Below, in pieces: positions 20,501 to 29,542 of a stretch of 64,000 nucleotides of DNA; the stretch's first letter is position 1, and the number at the start of each line of letters is the position of its first letter. The notes under the pieces are model-generated. The model saw only the letters and a list, made by a program, of their open reading frames with translations, was not told the origin of the DNA and did no database searches. Where the stretch lies: contig CAZRWF010000005.1 of the NCBI GenBank assembly GCA_964603685.1, positions 2,721-66,720 on the forward strand, in the 5' to 3' direction. The stretch is from an uncultured Chitinophagaceae bacterium. GTDB taxonomy: Bacteria; Bacteroidota; Ignavibacteria; UBA10030; UBA8401. The position numbers and the translations under genes are program-made.

Positions 20501-21792
20501 TTGTCCCAACCGGCACCTTCAACATCAACGGCGGTGTTCATTAACAAACCGCGAATTTCGTCATTGGTAAACACAATACCTGGCTGATTCTGCAGACGTT
20601 TTCTTTTTTCTAACGATAACAAAAGGGCTGATACTCCGGAAACATGCGGTGCAGCTGCCGATGTTCCGGAGAACTGATCGGTATACTTCCCTCCCGGCAG
20701 CGTGGTGACGATTCCTTCGCCGGGTGCAACAAGGTCAAGCCCCGGACCATAGGCCGAGAAGAAAGAACGTCTGTTAAGTTGATTGCTTGAACCGATTGAC
20801 ATTACTTCATTTAGATCGGACGGATAATGCGGAAACTCGCTTCCATCATTACCGCTGGAGGCAACCAAAACAATATTTTTTGAGTGGGCATACCGGATGG
20901 CATCGTGCAGGATTGAAGAACGTACGATATCTCCAAAACTCATATTGATTACCTCGGCGCCATTATCCGCTGCATAGACCACTGCCGCGGCAATGTCGAT
21001 ATCGTTCCCGTTGCCGTTTTTTCCGAATGCCCGGAGAGGTAGGAGGCGGGCGATGGTAACTCCTGCGGATCCGACCGAATTATTGGATTGCGCCCCGATG
21101 ATGCCGGCGACTGCGGTACCGTGTCCATGTTCGTCGTCCGGATCATTATCCTGCATGTTCCAGTCCCCGATATCTTCCGTTTCGAAATCAACGAAATCAT
21201 ATCCTTTCCAATCATCAACGAAGCCGTTTCCGTCGTCATCGACTCCGTTTGACTCCTTCCCGTCCCCCCGCTCCCCCGCATTAAACGCGATTACATTTCG
21301 GAGATCGGGATGGTCATCATCAATTCCGGTATCGATAACACCGATGACGGAGGGGGGTAGCGTCAGATCGATCGCGCCACTGTTCCAGAGTGATGTGATG
21401 CCGATCTGCTGCAAATTCCATTGAGATCCGAATGCCGAATCGTTCGGGATGGATCGGACAGAATACCGTACGACCGGTTGGAAATATTCCACCGCTGCCT
21501 GGTTCATCACGGAACGAACGACTGCTTCAGGTATCTCTTGCGAAAAACGAACGATGGCATACCGGTGCCATGGAAACGATGTTGTGCCGGTTCGCCCGGA
21601 AGCAGAGAACGGTTGTGAGGAAAAGGATGGTGGGGCGGTGCGCGCAGAACGAACGGCGGAAGTGCTTTGCCGGAGTATGGGATGTATAACCGAAGAGTCG
21701 GCACTCCCTTCTTTCACCTTCAGCACATACGTTTGGGGAAAAATTACCGATACGACGAATGGAATACCATACCAAAGCGATTTCCAACGCAT
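17563..21792 (-). CDS. Secreted S8 subtilisin-family peptidase with FG-GAP/VCBS repeats, an Fn3-like region and a T9SS (Por) C-terminal sorting domain
   Basis: 1409 aa. Catalytic D/H/S contexts VIGVIDTGID, HGHGTAVAGIIG and SGTSAAAPHVSG. FG-GAP-like repeats (DLNGDGKDEII, GDFTGDGIQDIVV, SDFDGDGAADIGF). C-terminal roughly 85 aa VVFPNPV...GIYLYRVE...GKFAVIR is typical of Por_Secre_tail. Confidence 0.85.
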   Translation of the reverse strand: MRWKSLWYGIPFVVSVIFPQTYVLKVKEGSADSSVIHPILRQSTSAVRSARTAPPSFSSQPFSASGRTGTTSFPWHRYAIVRFSQEIPEAVVRSVMNQAAVEYFQPVVRYSVRSIPNDSAFGSQWNLQQIGITSLWNSGAIDLTLPPSVIGVIDTGIDDDHPDLRNVIAFNAGERGDGKESNGVDDDGNGFVDDWKGYDFVDFETEDIGDWNMQDNDPDDEHGHGTAVAGIIGAQSNNSVGSAGVTIARLLPLRAFGKNGNGNDIDIAAAVVYAADNGAEVINMSFGDIVRSSILHDAIRYAHSKNIVLVASSGNDGSEFPHYPSDLNEVMSIGSSNQLNRRSFFSAYGPGLDLVAPGEGIVTTLPGGKYTDQFSGTSAAAPHVSGVSALLLSLEKRKRLQNQPGIVFTNDEIRGLLMNTAVDVEGAGWDKFTGAGVVNALAATAGSGSEATIHSPGLDDILSTNGTPVIVSAKSPYLASVRLQIGRGDQPSEWTDLKVLNNRILVRDTIIFLALNSFIDGVYVLKLIVKNSKGNDLVALQRIQIAHSPPTVTSFRFRDSVIIGTEFTGLIEARTDRLTDGYLYYRKKGTVNFQSIRSLGTLRNHHFFLGRNIITPGEKFEFYTVFSENSDTGRQVRFPTTISAGFELFEIEHPITSLSTVGFTQKSFSLPKGFLLNSTTHIGGVPHVVLNEYTRDNDFGKTKAFGFIAGAFVAQDSAARSWVPRGFARLNGQTPSVLVQDRGVSNLFRVDTAGKRFFSAVIWSDSTDVWASQIVDLNGDGKDEIIARSSSEYLIYADLGNAAYGIVDHLPNPTPPLSNEARNQFGPPRTIVGDFTNSGKKEIIFADHDGDLLMYRQQSSQSLDFTLAAVDTSDLFSTSDFIAAGDFTGDGIQDIVVAGHSSIDANDDREYNVPVWTVRVFSHVPSAGPGSVTKIWEYHFAGVKGGSRYDNGIAAGKLRMTDDRDMLFLSFNPFLYVFAWDAVQKTFVSRWTHSSQSNSVIVSDFDGDGAADIGFHTNNRTEFWSVADPTVTTPPYGLYAVPLSASSIRLRWNTSVPTTKIYRGTALDSLFAIQTLSNQREWTDTLLTTGIKYYYSVASVSTAESERTPVVSAVPHLPATITAIRQLSTDQLMVTVSFDIRSDLALSARFAVDTTIFSSSALWTSARTLLVTLPRTIDSGSHVIRIVWLTDAEGLEGDTTASFTFTAGMVSVQKFFVRSISRHSPNSIIVEFNEIPVGETARNIAYYAVKNSIRTFTVAGVDSLSPTTVLLRCVEQNLFSIALRLEVKVSRQVRSISGRALDTDRDQTLSIDQPISSISDIVVFPNPVRSSEKISFVHLPENCRITIFASTGEIIKVFDRMTTREGISWDLRDHRGRVVSTGIYLYRVEQLNDQHQSQNTTLGKFAVIR

Positions 21793-23295
21793 TCAGGTTT
21801 CGAGATCGTTCTTATCGGTGACATTCTCGATCGGAGCCGGATATTTTCCGCCAAAACATGCAGTGCAATACCCTTTTTTCTCTCCCGACGGAACGGAAGC
21901 AAGCATTTTTTTGGGCGAAAGGTACTGAATGCTGTCGACACCGAGTTCTTTCCTGATCTTTTCGATATCTTCGCCGCATTGTACGGCGATCAGATCTTCC
22001 CTGTTCGGAAAATCCATCCCATAATAACACGAGTTGACGATCGGCGGTGAGGTGATGCGGAAATGAATCTCCTTCGGACCTGCTTCTTTGATCAGTTTCA
22101 CCAGCTGCTTGGACGTCGTACCGCGAACGATAGAATCGTCCACCACCACAACTTTTTTTCCTTTTAACACCCCTTTGACGGTGTTAAATTTCGTCTTCAC
22201 TTTCATCTCGCGCATTCCCTGTTCGGGCTGAATGAAGGTGCGGCCGACGTAGTGATTTCTGATCAATCCCAGTTCCAGTTTCGTTTTGATCCCTTGTTTG
22301 ATTGATTCGGTCACAAAACCGAGCGCTGCCGTATTGCTGGAGTCCGGAACGCTTATGACAATGGTTTTTTCGTCGTGGTCCGGCGCCACCGGAGATTCTT
22401 GTGCGAGAGATTTTCCCAATTTCCGCCGGACTTTGTCGACACTTTCGCCGAACACGTGGCTGTCCGGCCGGGAAAAATAGATATATTCAAAAATACAATG
22501 ATGCGATTTTGAAACGGTCCGGTTGATCGAATACGACGTCAACGGTTGTTTGGAATCGGCCCGCTTATCAATTACCAATATCTCTCCCGGTTCGACATCA
22601 CGAATGTATTTCGCATCAATGATATCGAACGCGCACGTTTCGCTGGCGACGACGTAACTGCCATCCTTCTCCCCGAGCGCCAGCGGACGAAATCCGTGAA
22701 CATCGCGCGCTGCCACCAGGAATGAATCGGTCATGATCAGAAGCGAAAATGCCCCTTCCACCACATCGATCGCCTCTCGGATCTGATCAATCTGTTTTTT
22801 TTGCCGGCTCCGTGCGATCAAATGCAGAAACAGCTCCGTGTCCGACGTTGTTTGAAAGATCGTCCCGTCGTCCTGCAGGCGCTTCCGGATGGTCCGGTAG
22901 TTCGTCAAATTGCCGTTGTGTGCCACGCCGAGATTGCCGTCGCGGTAATTTACGATGAGCGGCTGAATGTTTTTATCGTTGTTCGCCGATCCGGTGGTGG
23001 AATACCGATTATGCCCGATGGCGGAACGTCCTATCAATTGCGTGGTGAGCATCTGCTGGTCTTTAAAAACATCCGTCACCAAACCCATCCCTTTGACGAG
23101 ATGAAAATGGGATCGACGGGTCTCCCCGCGAAATTCGCACGACACGATACCGCTCGCTTCCTGTCCGCGGTGTTGAAGCGAATGGAGCCCGTAATAGGTC
23201 AACACGGATGCATTTGCATGATCGAGCACGCCGAAAATTCCGCAGGCAGCCCGCGGTTTGTCATTAACGAACCGTTTGAGGTTTTTTGATTTCAT
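21793..23295 (-). CDS. purF: Amidophosphoribosyltransferase
   Basis: Ntn Cys context ACGIFGV followed by a PRTase domain (VVVVDDSIVRGTT). Abuts both neighbours with no gap. Confidence 0.9.
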   Translation of the reverse strand: MKSKNLKRFVNDKPRAACGIFGVLDHANASVLTYYGLHSLQHRGQEASGIVSCEFRGETRRSHFHLVKGMGLVTDVFKDQQMLTTQLIGRSAIGHNRYSTTGSANNDKNIQPLIVNYRDGNLGVAHNGNLTNYRTIRKRLQDDGTIFQTTSDTELFLHLIARSRQKKQIDQIREAIDVVEGAFSLLIMTDSFLVAARDVHGFRPLALGEKDGSYVVASETCAFDIIDAKYIRDVEPGEILVIDKRADSKQPLTSYSINRTVSKSHHCIFEYIYFSRPDSHVFGESVDKVRRKLGKSLAQESPVAPDHDEKTIVISVPDSSNTAALGFVTESIKQGIKTKLELGLIRNHYVGRTFIQPEQGMREMKVKTKFNTVKGVLKGKKVVVVDDSIVRGTTSKQLVKLIKEAGPKEIHFRITSPPIVNSCYYGMDFPNREDLIAVQCGEDIEKIRKELGVDSIQYLSPKKMLASVPSGEKKGYCTACFGGKYPAPIENVTDKNDLET

Positions 23296-24891
23296 TTACC
23301 GTATCACCGTATCCTTTAACCAATGAAGATCGTCCGTGGCGGGGTAGTCGGTTGTAAAATGCAGTCCCCTGCTCTCTTTCCGTTCCAACGCGGAGCGGAT
23401 GATCAATTCCGACACACAGGCAAGATTGCGGAGTTCGATCAATCCTTCCGAGACTTTCGTTCTGTTGTAAAAATCGCGCACTTCATCCCGGATAAGATTG
23501 ATCCGTCGTTGCGCCCGTTCCAGCCGGTGCGTGGAACGGACGATGCCGACATAATCCCACATTAACTGCTGGATCTCCCGGCGGTTATGCGATACCAGTA
23601 CCCATTCTTCGCCGTTGATCGTTCCGGAATCGTCCCAATCCGGAATTCCCGGCGGCGGTTGTGATGTCCGGGAAAATTGGTTCGTGATCGCATCAACCGC
23701 TCGATGAGAGAACACCACAGCTTCCAATAAGGAGTTGCTGGCGAGCCGATTCGCGCCATGAAGTCCGGTCATGCTCACTTCCCCCACGGAATACAATCCG
23801 GTGACGGAGGTGGCCCCCATTGCATCGGTGACCACGCCGCCGCAGGAATAATGGGCCGCCGGCACTACCGGGACACGATCGGCCGTAATATCGATACCGA
23901 ATTTCAGGCAGCGTTCATATATGTTCGGGAAATGTTGCTTGACTGCGGACGGATCCAAATGTGTGAGATCCAGATAGACATATTCATCGCCGCTCCGCTT
24001 CAATTCCGTATCAATGGCGCGGGCAACTATATCGCGCGGTGCCAGCGAGGCCTGCGCGTCGTACCGCTTCATAAAATCCTCTCCGCGCCGGTTCCGCAAT
24101 ACCGCGCCGAAACCTCGCACCGCTTCAGAGATCAAAAATGAGGGGGATCCGGAATTGAACAACGTGGTCGGATGAAATTGGATAAATTCCATGTTCGCAA
24201 TCGTTGCGCCGGCGCGATACGCCATCGCAATGCCGTCGCCGGTGGCGATCAGCGGATTGGTCGTATGGAGATACACTTGACCGGCGCCGCCGGTCGCCAG
24301 CATGGTGGTTTTTGCCAGAAATGTCCGAACGATGTTTTTTTCCACATCAAGCACATATGCCCCCCAGCAATGGGTGGAATCGAGCGATTTTTTTTCCGCA
24401 CCGAACAGATGGTGTTCCGTGATGAGGTCGATGGAGATGTGATTTTCAAATACGGTGATGTTGGGGTGATTGGCAATCTTGTGCAGCAAGGCGCGTTCGA
24501 TCTCTTTACCCGTCAGGTCCGCTGCATGGACGATCCGGTGCTTCGAATGTCCCCCCTCTTTTCCCAGATCCAATCCTTTGCCGTTCTGGGTGAATTGCAC
24601 TCCCAGCCGGATCAATTCGTCGATCCGTGCAGGCCCTTCTTTCACGACGATCTCCACGATCTCCCGGTGACAAAGGTACGAACCGGCTTTCATGGTATCG
24701 TCGATGTGATGGTCAAATGAATCCGATTGTGAAATGACCGCCGCAATTCCTCCCTGGGCATAATTCGTATTGGATTCCGCCTTCTCTTTTTTGGTCACGA
24801 TCGCAACCGTTCCAAGCTCGGCCGCTTTTAATGCGAACGACAGGCCGGCGATACCGCTTCCAATGACCAAAAAATCGGACTGGATCTTCAT
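23296..24891 (-). CDS. nadB: L-aspartate oxidase
   Basis: FAD fold DFLVIGSGIAGLSFA, plus YAQGGIAA and HYSCGGV. Start trimmed to MKIQSD (24891). Confidence 0.9.
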   Translation of the reverse strand: MKIQSDFLVIGSGIAGLSFALKAAELGTVAIVTKKEKAESNTNYAQGGIAAVISQSDSFDHHIDDTMKAGSYLCHREIVEIVVKEGPARIDELIRLGVQFTQNGKGLDLGKEGGHSKHRIVHAADLTGKEIERALLHKIANHPNITVFENHISIDLITEHHLFGAEKKSLDSTHCWGAYVLDVEKNIVRTFLAKTTMLATGGAGQVYLHTTNPLIATGDGIAMAYRAGATIANMEFIQFHPTTLFNSGSPSFLISEAVRGFGAVLRNRRGEDFMKRYDAQASLAPRDIVARAIDTELKRSGDEYVYLDLTHLDPSAVKQHFPNIYERCLKFGIDITADRVPVVPAAHYSCGGVVTDAMGATSVTGLYSVGEVSMTGLHGANRLASNSLLEAVVFSHRAVDAITNQFSRTSQPPPGIPDWDDSGTINGEEWVLVSHNRREIQQLMWDYVGIVRSTHRLERAQRRINLIRDEVRDFYNRTKVSEGLIELRNLACVSELIIRSALERKESRGLHFTTDYPATDDLHWLKDTVIR

Positions 24892-24903
24892 ATTTGGAAT
24901 ATA

Positions 24904-24947
24904 CAAAAAAGAGAAATAAAAAAGGCGTCCCGTAACCGAGACGCCTT
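24904..24947 (-). terminator. Rho-independent terminator after the small OMP gene
   Basis: On the minus strand: AAGGCGUC-UCGGUUACGG-GACGCCUU (perfect 8-bp stem) followed by UUUUUUAUUUCUCUUUUUU. Confidence 0.7.
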
Positions 24948-24970
24948 GGATACTTCCGATCTTATTCAGA

Positions 24971-25648
24971 TTAGAAGTAAATATGCAATGTTGCACCACC
25001 GGCGCTGAAGTTCAACAGGTTCATGCTGCTGGAACCCGGAGCTTTCACTGTTGCCGCACCTTGAATGGTGGTTTCGCTGTCAGCGCCGGAAACCATCTGG
25101 AGCAAGCCCAAACGATATTCAGCGGAGAGGCTGATCTCGTTGTACAGATAGAATTCTGCACCAGCGATACCTGCCAACGACAGAGAGAATCCATCAGTCG
25201 GACGGAAGTTTGTCACTTCAACTGTGGCACCGTTCGGAACGGGGCTCGGGTTGGAGGGTTTGTTGCTGGAGGAACCGAGAGCAACGCCAACGCCAGCGCC
25301 CATGTACGGTTTCACACGTGCACCGCCCATGTACATCAAATAATCGGCACCCAATGCGAGATCGAACGTGGATTGTTCAGCATCGGAGTTTCCGGTCGTT
25401 GCGGAGGGGGTGGTGGTGCTGGTCGTTCCGACCTGTAATCCCAAGCGAACTGCAGCATCGCTGCTCAAGAAATAGGTTAAACCAAGTCCGCCCATCGGAC
25501 CTGTTCCGGCAAGACCGAATGCTCCGAGTCCGCCGAAAGTAAAGTTCAATGATTTAGCGCCTGCTTGATTACCTGCCGGGGCATCCTGTGCGAGCACAAC
25601 GCCGCACATCATCACAACTGCAAGAACTACTGCCAAAAATTTTTTCAT
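24971..25648 (-). CDS. Small outer-membrane beta-barrel protein (OmpW/OmpA-barrel-like)
   Basis: 225 aa from MKKFLAVVLAVVMMCGVVLAQDA (signal peptide). Alternating amphipathic strands and a terminal ...GGATLHIYF aromatic. AAGGAG Shine-Dalgarno 8 nt upstream. The longer ORF start was rejected. Confidence 0.6.
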   Translation of the reverse strand: MKKFLAVVLAVVMMCGVVLAQDAPAGNQAGAKSLNFTFGGLGAFGLAGTGPMGGLGLTYFLSSDAAVRLGLQVGTTSTTTPSATTGNSDAEQSTFDLALGADYLMYMGGARVKPYMGAGVGVALGSSSNKPSNPSPVPNGATVEVTNFRPTDGFSLSLAGIAGAEFYLYNEISLSAEYRLGLLQMVSGADSETTIQGAATVKAPGSSSMNLLNFSAGGATLHIYF

Positions 25649-25708
25649 TTTGGTGACTCCTTTATAGTGAATATGGATAAGTGAATTAGGTATCGTAAAG
25701 GCACTGCA

Positions 25709-25737
25709 AATATATAAGGGGTTTGCCGAATTGTCAA
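25709..25737 (-). promoter_or_regulatory. Sigma70-type promoter for the small OMP gene
   Basis: On the minus strand: TTGACA, 17 nt spacer, TATATT. It lies about 60 nt upstream of the ATG at 25648. Confidence 0.5.
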
Positions 25738-25759
25738 GAGTAAATAATTGAGGCAAACC

Positions 25760-27049
25760 TCAAAAGTAGATGATTATTGAAGAACCTATCGTCGTTGAAC
25801 CGTGCGTGATCTCACCAAAAGGGGCATATTGTTGCGTATACTCAGTCATAGAGACCGAAAGGTCCAAAGCGAAGATATCCGATATATAACCGGATCCGAA
25901 CGCCAGACCCGTCCCGGTTACTTGATTTTTGGTTGCGACATATTCTTCCGTTACGGGATTGAAGAGATAGTCTGCCAGTACGGTCGGAAACGTCTTAAAT
26001 CCTGCCCGCAGCGGAATCACCCCCTGATCGAGCACAATCAGATATTCCGCACCGACACGAAATTGATTTAAGTTTTCATCACTTTCGCTCAGCCGGTCGC
26101 TGAAGGAGACCGCTCCTCCTCCGGCGGAGGTTTTGATGTTATTACCGCTGAAGGATCGGATTTCATAATCCGCGGCGACCGTCAAATTGTCCCCCAACCG
26201 GTACGACGTTCCGAATCCGATCATGAGCGGCATCGATACATCTTGTTCGATGGCAAGTCGTTGTTTGCCGACGGAGGGATCAGATTCAAAGTCCACATCA
26301 TAATCCCCTTCGGATGAAAGGGTGAACGGAGTGCGAAACGTGACGCCGAATTTTAACGGCACAGGTCCGCTTTTTAATCCTTCCAGGTCGATCATCCCGC
26401 CGATCACGACGTTAAATCCGGAGAAATCGGAAGAAAATTTCGTTTGGTCGCGCAGCGTCGTCGATCCGTTCGTCCCCACAACAATCTCTTCCCGCTCCTG
26501 ACCGCCGATCCAAATATTTGCGGACATTCCCAAAGACAAAAACGGAAGTAGTTTCACACCGATTGCCGGAGTGATCGTATTCACACCGCCGGTTGCTTCG
26601 ATCCGCTGCCGGATTTTGATTTCATTGTTGAAATTATCCTCAAATTCGAAATCGCGGCGCCGCACCTCCGAAAAATCCAACTGCCGCTGGAAAGCGACGG
26701 CGACCACAATGTTGTTCTCCCCACCGCTCTTGAGCGGAATGGCCACACTTCCGAAATTCATGTTGAAGACTGTCTGTTGCTCTTCGGAATTAAACGTAGC
26801 ATCCGCCTTATCCGTATAAGCGGAATTTTCTCCGATCACACGCGTCACCACGGAGGCCTCCGCCCGTTCGAGTTGCGACAATCCGGCCGGATTCCATACG
26901 ACCGCCGTCGCATCGTCCGCCAATCCGATAAATGCGCCGCCGAATCCCTCCGCACGCGCACCGGCCCCGGTCAAATTAAAATCCGGAGTTTTGTCCTGTG
27001 CAACCGCAGCGGAGCAGATCAGAAACAATACTATCGATCGTATTCGCAT
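25760..27049 (-). CDS. Outer-membrane beta-barrel protein, FadL/PorV(LptO)-like
   Basis: 429 aa with a signal peptide. N-terminal signature GAGARAEGFGGAFIGLADDATAVVWNPAGLSQL is shared by the FadL, PorV and UPF0164 families. Ends in ...SSIIIYF. Confidence 0.6.
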   Translation of the reverse strand: MRIRSIVLFLICSAAVAQDKTPDFNLTGAGARAEGFGGAFIGLADDATAVVWNPAGLSQLERAEASVVTRVIGENSAYTDKADATFNSEEQQTVFNMNFGSVAIPLKSGGENNIVVAVAFQRQLDFSEVRRRDFEFEDNFNNEIKIRQRIEATGGVNTITPAIGVKLLPFLSLGMSANIWIGGQEREEIVVGTNGSTTLRDQTKFSSDFSGFNVVIGGMIDLEGLKSGPVPLKFGVTFRTPFTLSSEGDYDVDFESDPSVGKQRLAIEQDVSMPLMIGFGTSYRLGDNLTVAADYEIRSFSGNNIKTSAGGGAVSFSDRLSESDENLNQFRVGAEYLIVLDQGVIPLRAGFKTFPTVLADYLFNPVTEEYVATKNQVTGTGLAFGSGYISDIFALDLSVSMTEYTQQYAPFGEITHGSTTIGSSIIIYF

Positions 27050-27064
27050 GATGATCCTTCTTGA

Positions 27065-28303
27065 TTATTTGATGATAACTTTGTCGCCAACCTGAATTTC
27101 CTGTTCGGTTTCGATCGGTTTCACCGTGGCAAATTTATCCTGCACTTGGATGACGATGATCTCTCCCAGCCGTGTCACTTTTTTTCCGAGGATTTCGCCG
27201 GAGATGGGATGTTTGATACTCTCTCCCTGACGAAACACCACACACTTGGTCCCTTTTCGAACGCCATTCACTCCGCCGATGTCGATATATAACTCGTCCG
27301 GATCGACTTTGATGATATCCCCTTCGATGATCGGAAGTTCATTATAGAGCATCGTTGCGACATTGGAGACGGCCATATCGATCGCTTCGGTGGAGGTGGA
27401 CTCCGAAACGATATCCTGAGCGATCAACGTTTCCGCCGTCTCTACATCCACCAAACGTGCAGAGACCTTCACTCCCGTTCCGGCAGCGGAGATTGTTCCG
27501 ATGACGAGAGCATCCGCACCGGCAATCTTGCCGAGTTTGACAGCCGATTTATCATCGACAAATCCCGATGCCTGCATCTTTTGTTCCGCAACAATTTTGT
27601 CGATAGCCGAACGTTCGATCACTTTAAACCGACGCAAGTTCACCAATTCGTTGATCATTTCGTTCGTCACGGTCTCTTTCCATGCGGCAGCAGGACCCGC
27701 CGCGTCGAACGGCAATACGGCCACCGCGAGCCGGGAACCGACCTGTGTCGCTTTATTCGGATCATATTTTTTTGTCACGATCAGCAGGCTGTTTTTCTGC
27801 GGTTGTGCGGTCAGCGGTACGGAAGTGCTGACGGCCGGCTCCGTTACTTTCGGTTTCGATTTATCCTCCACTCGCGTTACGTCGGCGACCGGAACTGTCT
27901 CTTTTTTCGGCGGAGGAACCGGTTCGGTTTTTTTGACGATCTTCGGCGGTGCTACCCCACCCGTGATCTTCCGATAAAATTCCTCCGCCCGTTCGGTCGA
28001 GCGGTAGGCCATCGATAGTTCCAATTCGGCTTTTGCCGCGTCGATCTCCCCCAGCATATAGTGCGCAATGCCGATCTCGCGGTGCGGATAATATTCGATG
28101 AATCGGGTGCCGTACGTCCGTTTCCGTTGCACATCTTCGAACTCTAAAGAGACGGCCGATTTGAATTCAATAATCGCCCGCTGCCAATCCTGTTTGGCAA
28201 CATATTCGAGTCCGGCATTATAGTAGTTATAAAATTTGTTTTGCGACGGAAGGAGAGCCGGGAGGAGGAAAAAAACAAGAATACATGCCAGTCGTTTTTT
28301 CAT
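27065..28303 (-). CDS. Secreted TPR-like plus CsgG/LpoB-like domain protein with a C-terminal beta-barrel (SH3/FlgT_C-like) domain
   Basis: 412 aa with a signal peptide and a TPR-like helix pair. The middle block LAVAVLPFDAAG...LVNLRRFKVIERSAIDKIVAEQKMQASGFVDD...GADALVIGTIS is typical of CsgG/HfaB/LpoB-type periplasmic domains. Confidence 0.55.
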   Translation of the reverse strand: MKKRLACILVFFLLPALLPSQNKFYNYYNAGLEYVAKQDWQRAIIEFKSAVSLEFEDVQRKRTYGTRFIEYYPHREIGIAHYMLGEIDAAKAELELSMAYRSTERAEEFYRKITGGVAPPKIVKKTEPVPPPKKETVPVADVTRVEDKSKPKVTEPAVSTSVPLTAQPQKNSLLIVTKKYDPNKATQVGSRLAVAVLPFDAAGPAAAWKETVTNEMINELVNLRRFKVIERSAIDKIVAEQKMQASGFVDDKSAVKLGKIAGADALVIGTISAAGTGVKVSARLVDVETAETLIAQDIVSESTSTEAIDMAVSNVATMLYNELPIIEGDIIKVDPDELYIDIGGVNGVRKGTKCVVFRQGESIKHPISGEILGKKVTRLGEIIVIQVQDKFATVKPIETEQEIQVGDKVIIK

Positions 28304-28324
28304 ACGGATTCGAAAGATTGAACG

Positions 28325-28353
28325 ATTATAGACAAATCAACCGAGAGAATCAA
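28325..28353 (-). promoter_or_regulatory. Sigma70-type promoter for the outer-membrane trio
   Basis: On the minus strand: TTGATT, 17 nt spacer, TATAAT. It lies in the 60-nt gap between argD and the CsgG-like gene. Confidence 0.5.
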
Positions 28354-28363
28354 CGTCCACCAA

Positions 28364-29542
28364 TCACCGGCCAAAAAAGCGGAGCGCTTCATCGAGCACG
28401 TCCACCAATCGGTCGAATTCCTCTTTCCCGGCAATCAACGGCGGCAGAATGCGAATAACGGTGTTGGCGGTGGAATTGACCAGGACGCCGTTCGCTAGGA
28501 TCCGTTCCACGACGGGTGCACTGTCGATCGTCAGCTCCACTCCGATCATGTATCCGAACACCCGTACATCGGCAATAATGCGATGGGCAGACTTCAACGC
28601 CTCCATACGGCCGGAAAAATATTCGGCCGTTTGTTGGACATGATGCAAAAACGATTCGGTCATCACGGTGTCGATCACCGCAATTCCGGCCGCGCAGGAA
28701 ACGGGATTCCCGCCGAACGTCGTTCCGTGTACGCCGTACGACCAAACGTCGGCAACCTTTTTCGAACCGATGATGGCGCCGACCGGCAATCCCCCGCCGA
28801 TCGGCTTGGCAACCGTAATGATATCCGGAACAAATCCGAAATGTTGATAACCAAAAAGGGTCCCGGTTCGTCCGATACCGGATTGGATCTCATCCGCAAC
28901 AATCAGAAATCCGAATTTTTCCCGTAATGCGGTGAGCGCCTCCACGAATGGCCGTGATACTCCGACAATCCCCCCTTCGCCCTGAATACACTCGAGAAGA
29001 ACCGCAGCGGTGGAACCATCCACTTTTGATTCGAGATCGGCGACATTGTTAAATTCAATGGAGCCGCAATTCGGAAGGAACGGCTCATACCCGTCCCGAT
29101 ATTTTTCCTTATCCATCAGCGACAGCGCACCCATCGTTCTGCCGCTGAAACCGTTGCTCATTCCATAGATCATTTTTTTTCCGAGCGGTTTCCCCCATTT
29201 GCGGACCAGTTTGATGGTTCCTTCGACCGCTTCGGTTCCGCTGTTTGAGAAAAAGATTTTGTCGAATCCAGACAACCGCAGCAGCCGTTCAGCCAGCTGC
29301 AACTGAGGTTCCTGTATGAAAAAATTGGACAGGTGCGTGTATTTCCGCACCTGTGTTTCCACCGCCGCAATAACCGCCGGATGTGCATAGCCGAGAGCGT
29401 TGACGGCAAGACCGGAAAACATGTCGAGATATTTTTTCCCGTCCGTCGTGTACAAATAACACCCTTCGCCTCGTTCGACCGTCAACGGCAAACGTTTGTA
29501 GGTATGGAAGAAGAGGTGTGCTTCTTTTTCTTTTGCGTTCAT
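28364..29542 (-). CDS. argD: Class-III aminotransferase (acetylornithine aminotransferase-like)
   Basis: 392 aa with SNSGTEAVEGTIKL, ADEIQSGIGRTG and the PLP-lysine context TVAKPIGGG. Confidence 0.85.
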   Translation of the reverse strand: MNAKEKEAHLFFHTYKRLPLTVERGEGCYLYTTDGKKYLDMFSGLAVNALGYAHPAVIAAVETQVRKYTHLSNFFIQEPQLQLAERLLRLSGFDKIFFSNSGTEAVEGTIKLVRKWGKPLGKKMIYGMSNGFSGRTMGALSLMDKEKYRDGYEPFLPNCGSIEFNNVADLESKVDGSTAAVLLECIQGEGGIVGVSRPFVEALTALREKFGFLIVADEIQSGIGRTGTLFGYQHFGFVPDIITVAKPIGGGLPVGAIIGSKKVADVWSYGVHGTTFGGNPVSCAAGIAVIDTVMTESFLHHVQQTAEYFSGRMEALKSAHRIIADVRVFGYMIGVELTIDSAPVVERILANGVLVNSTANTVIRILPPLIAGKEEFDRLVDVLDEALRFFGR

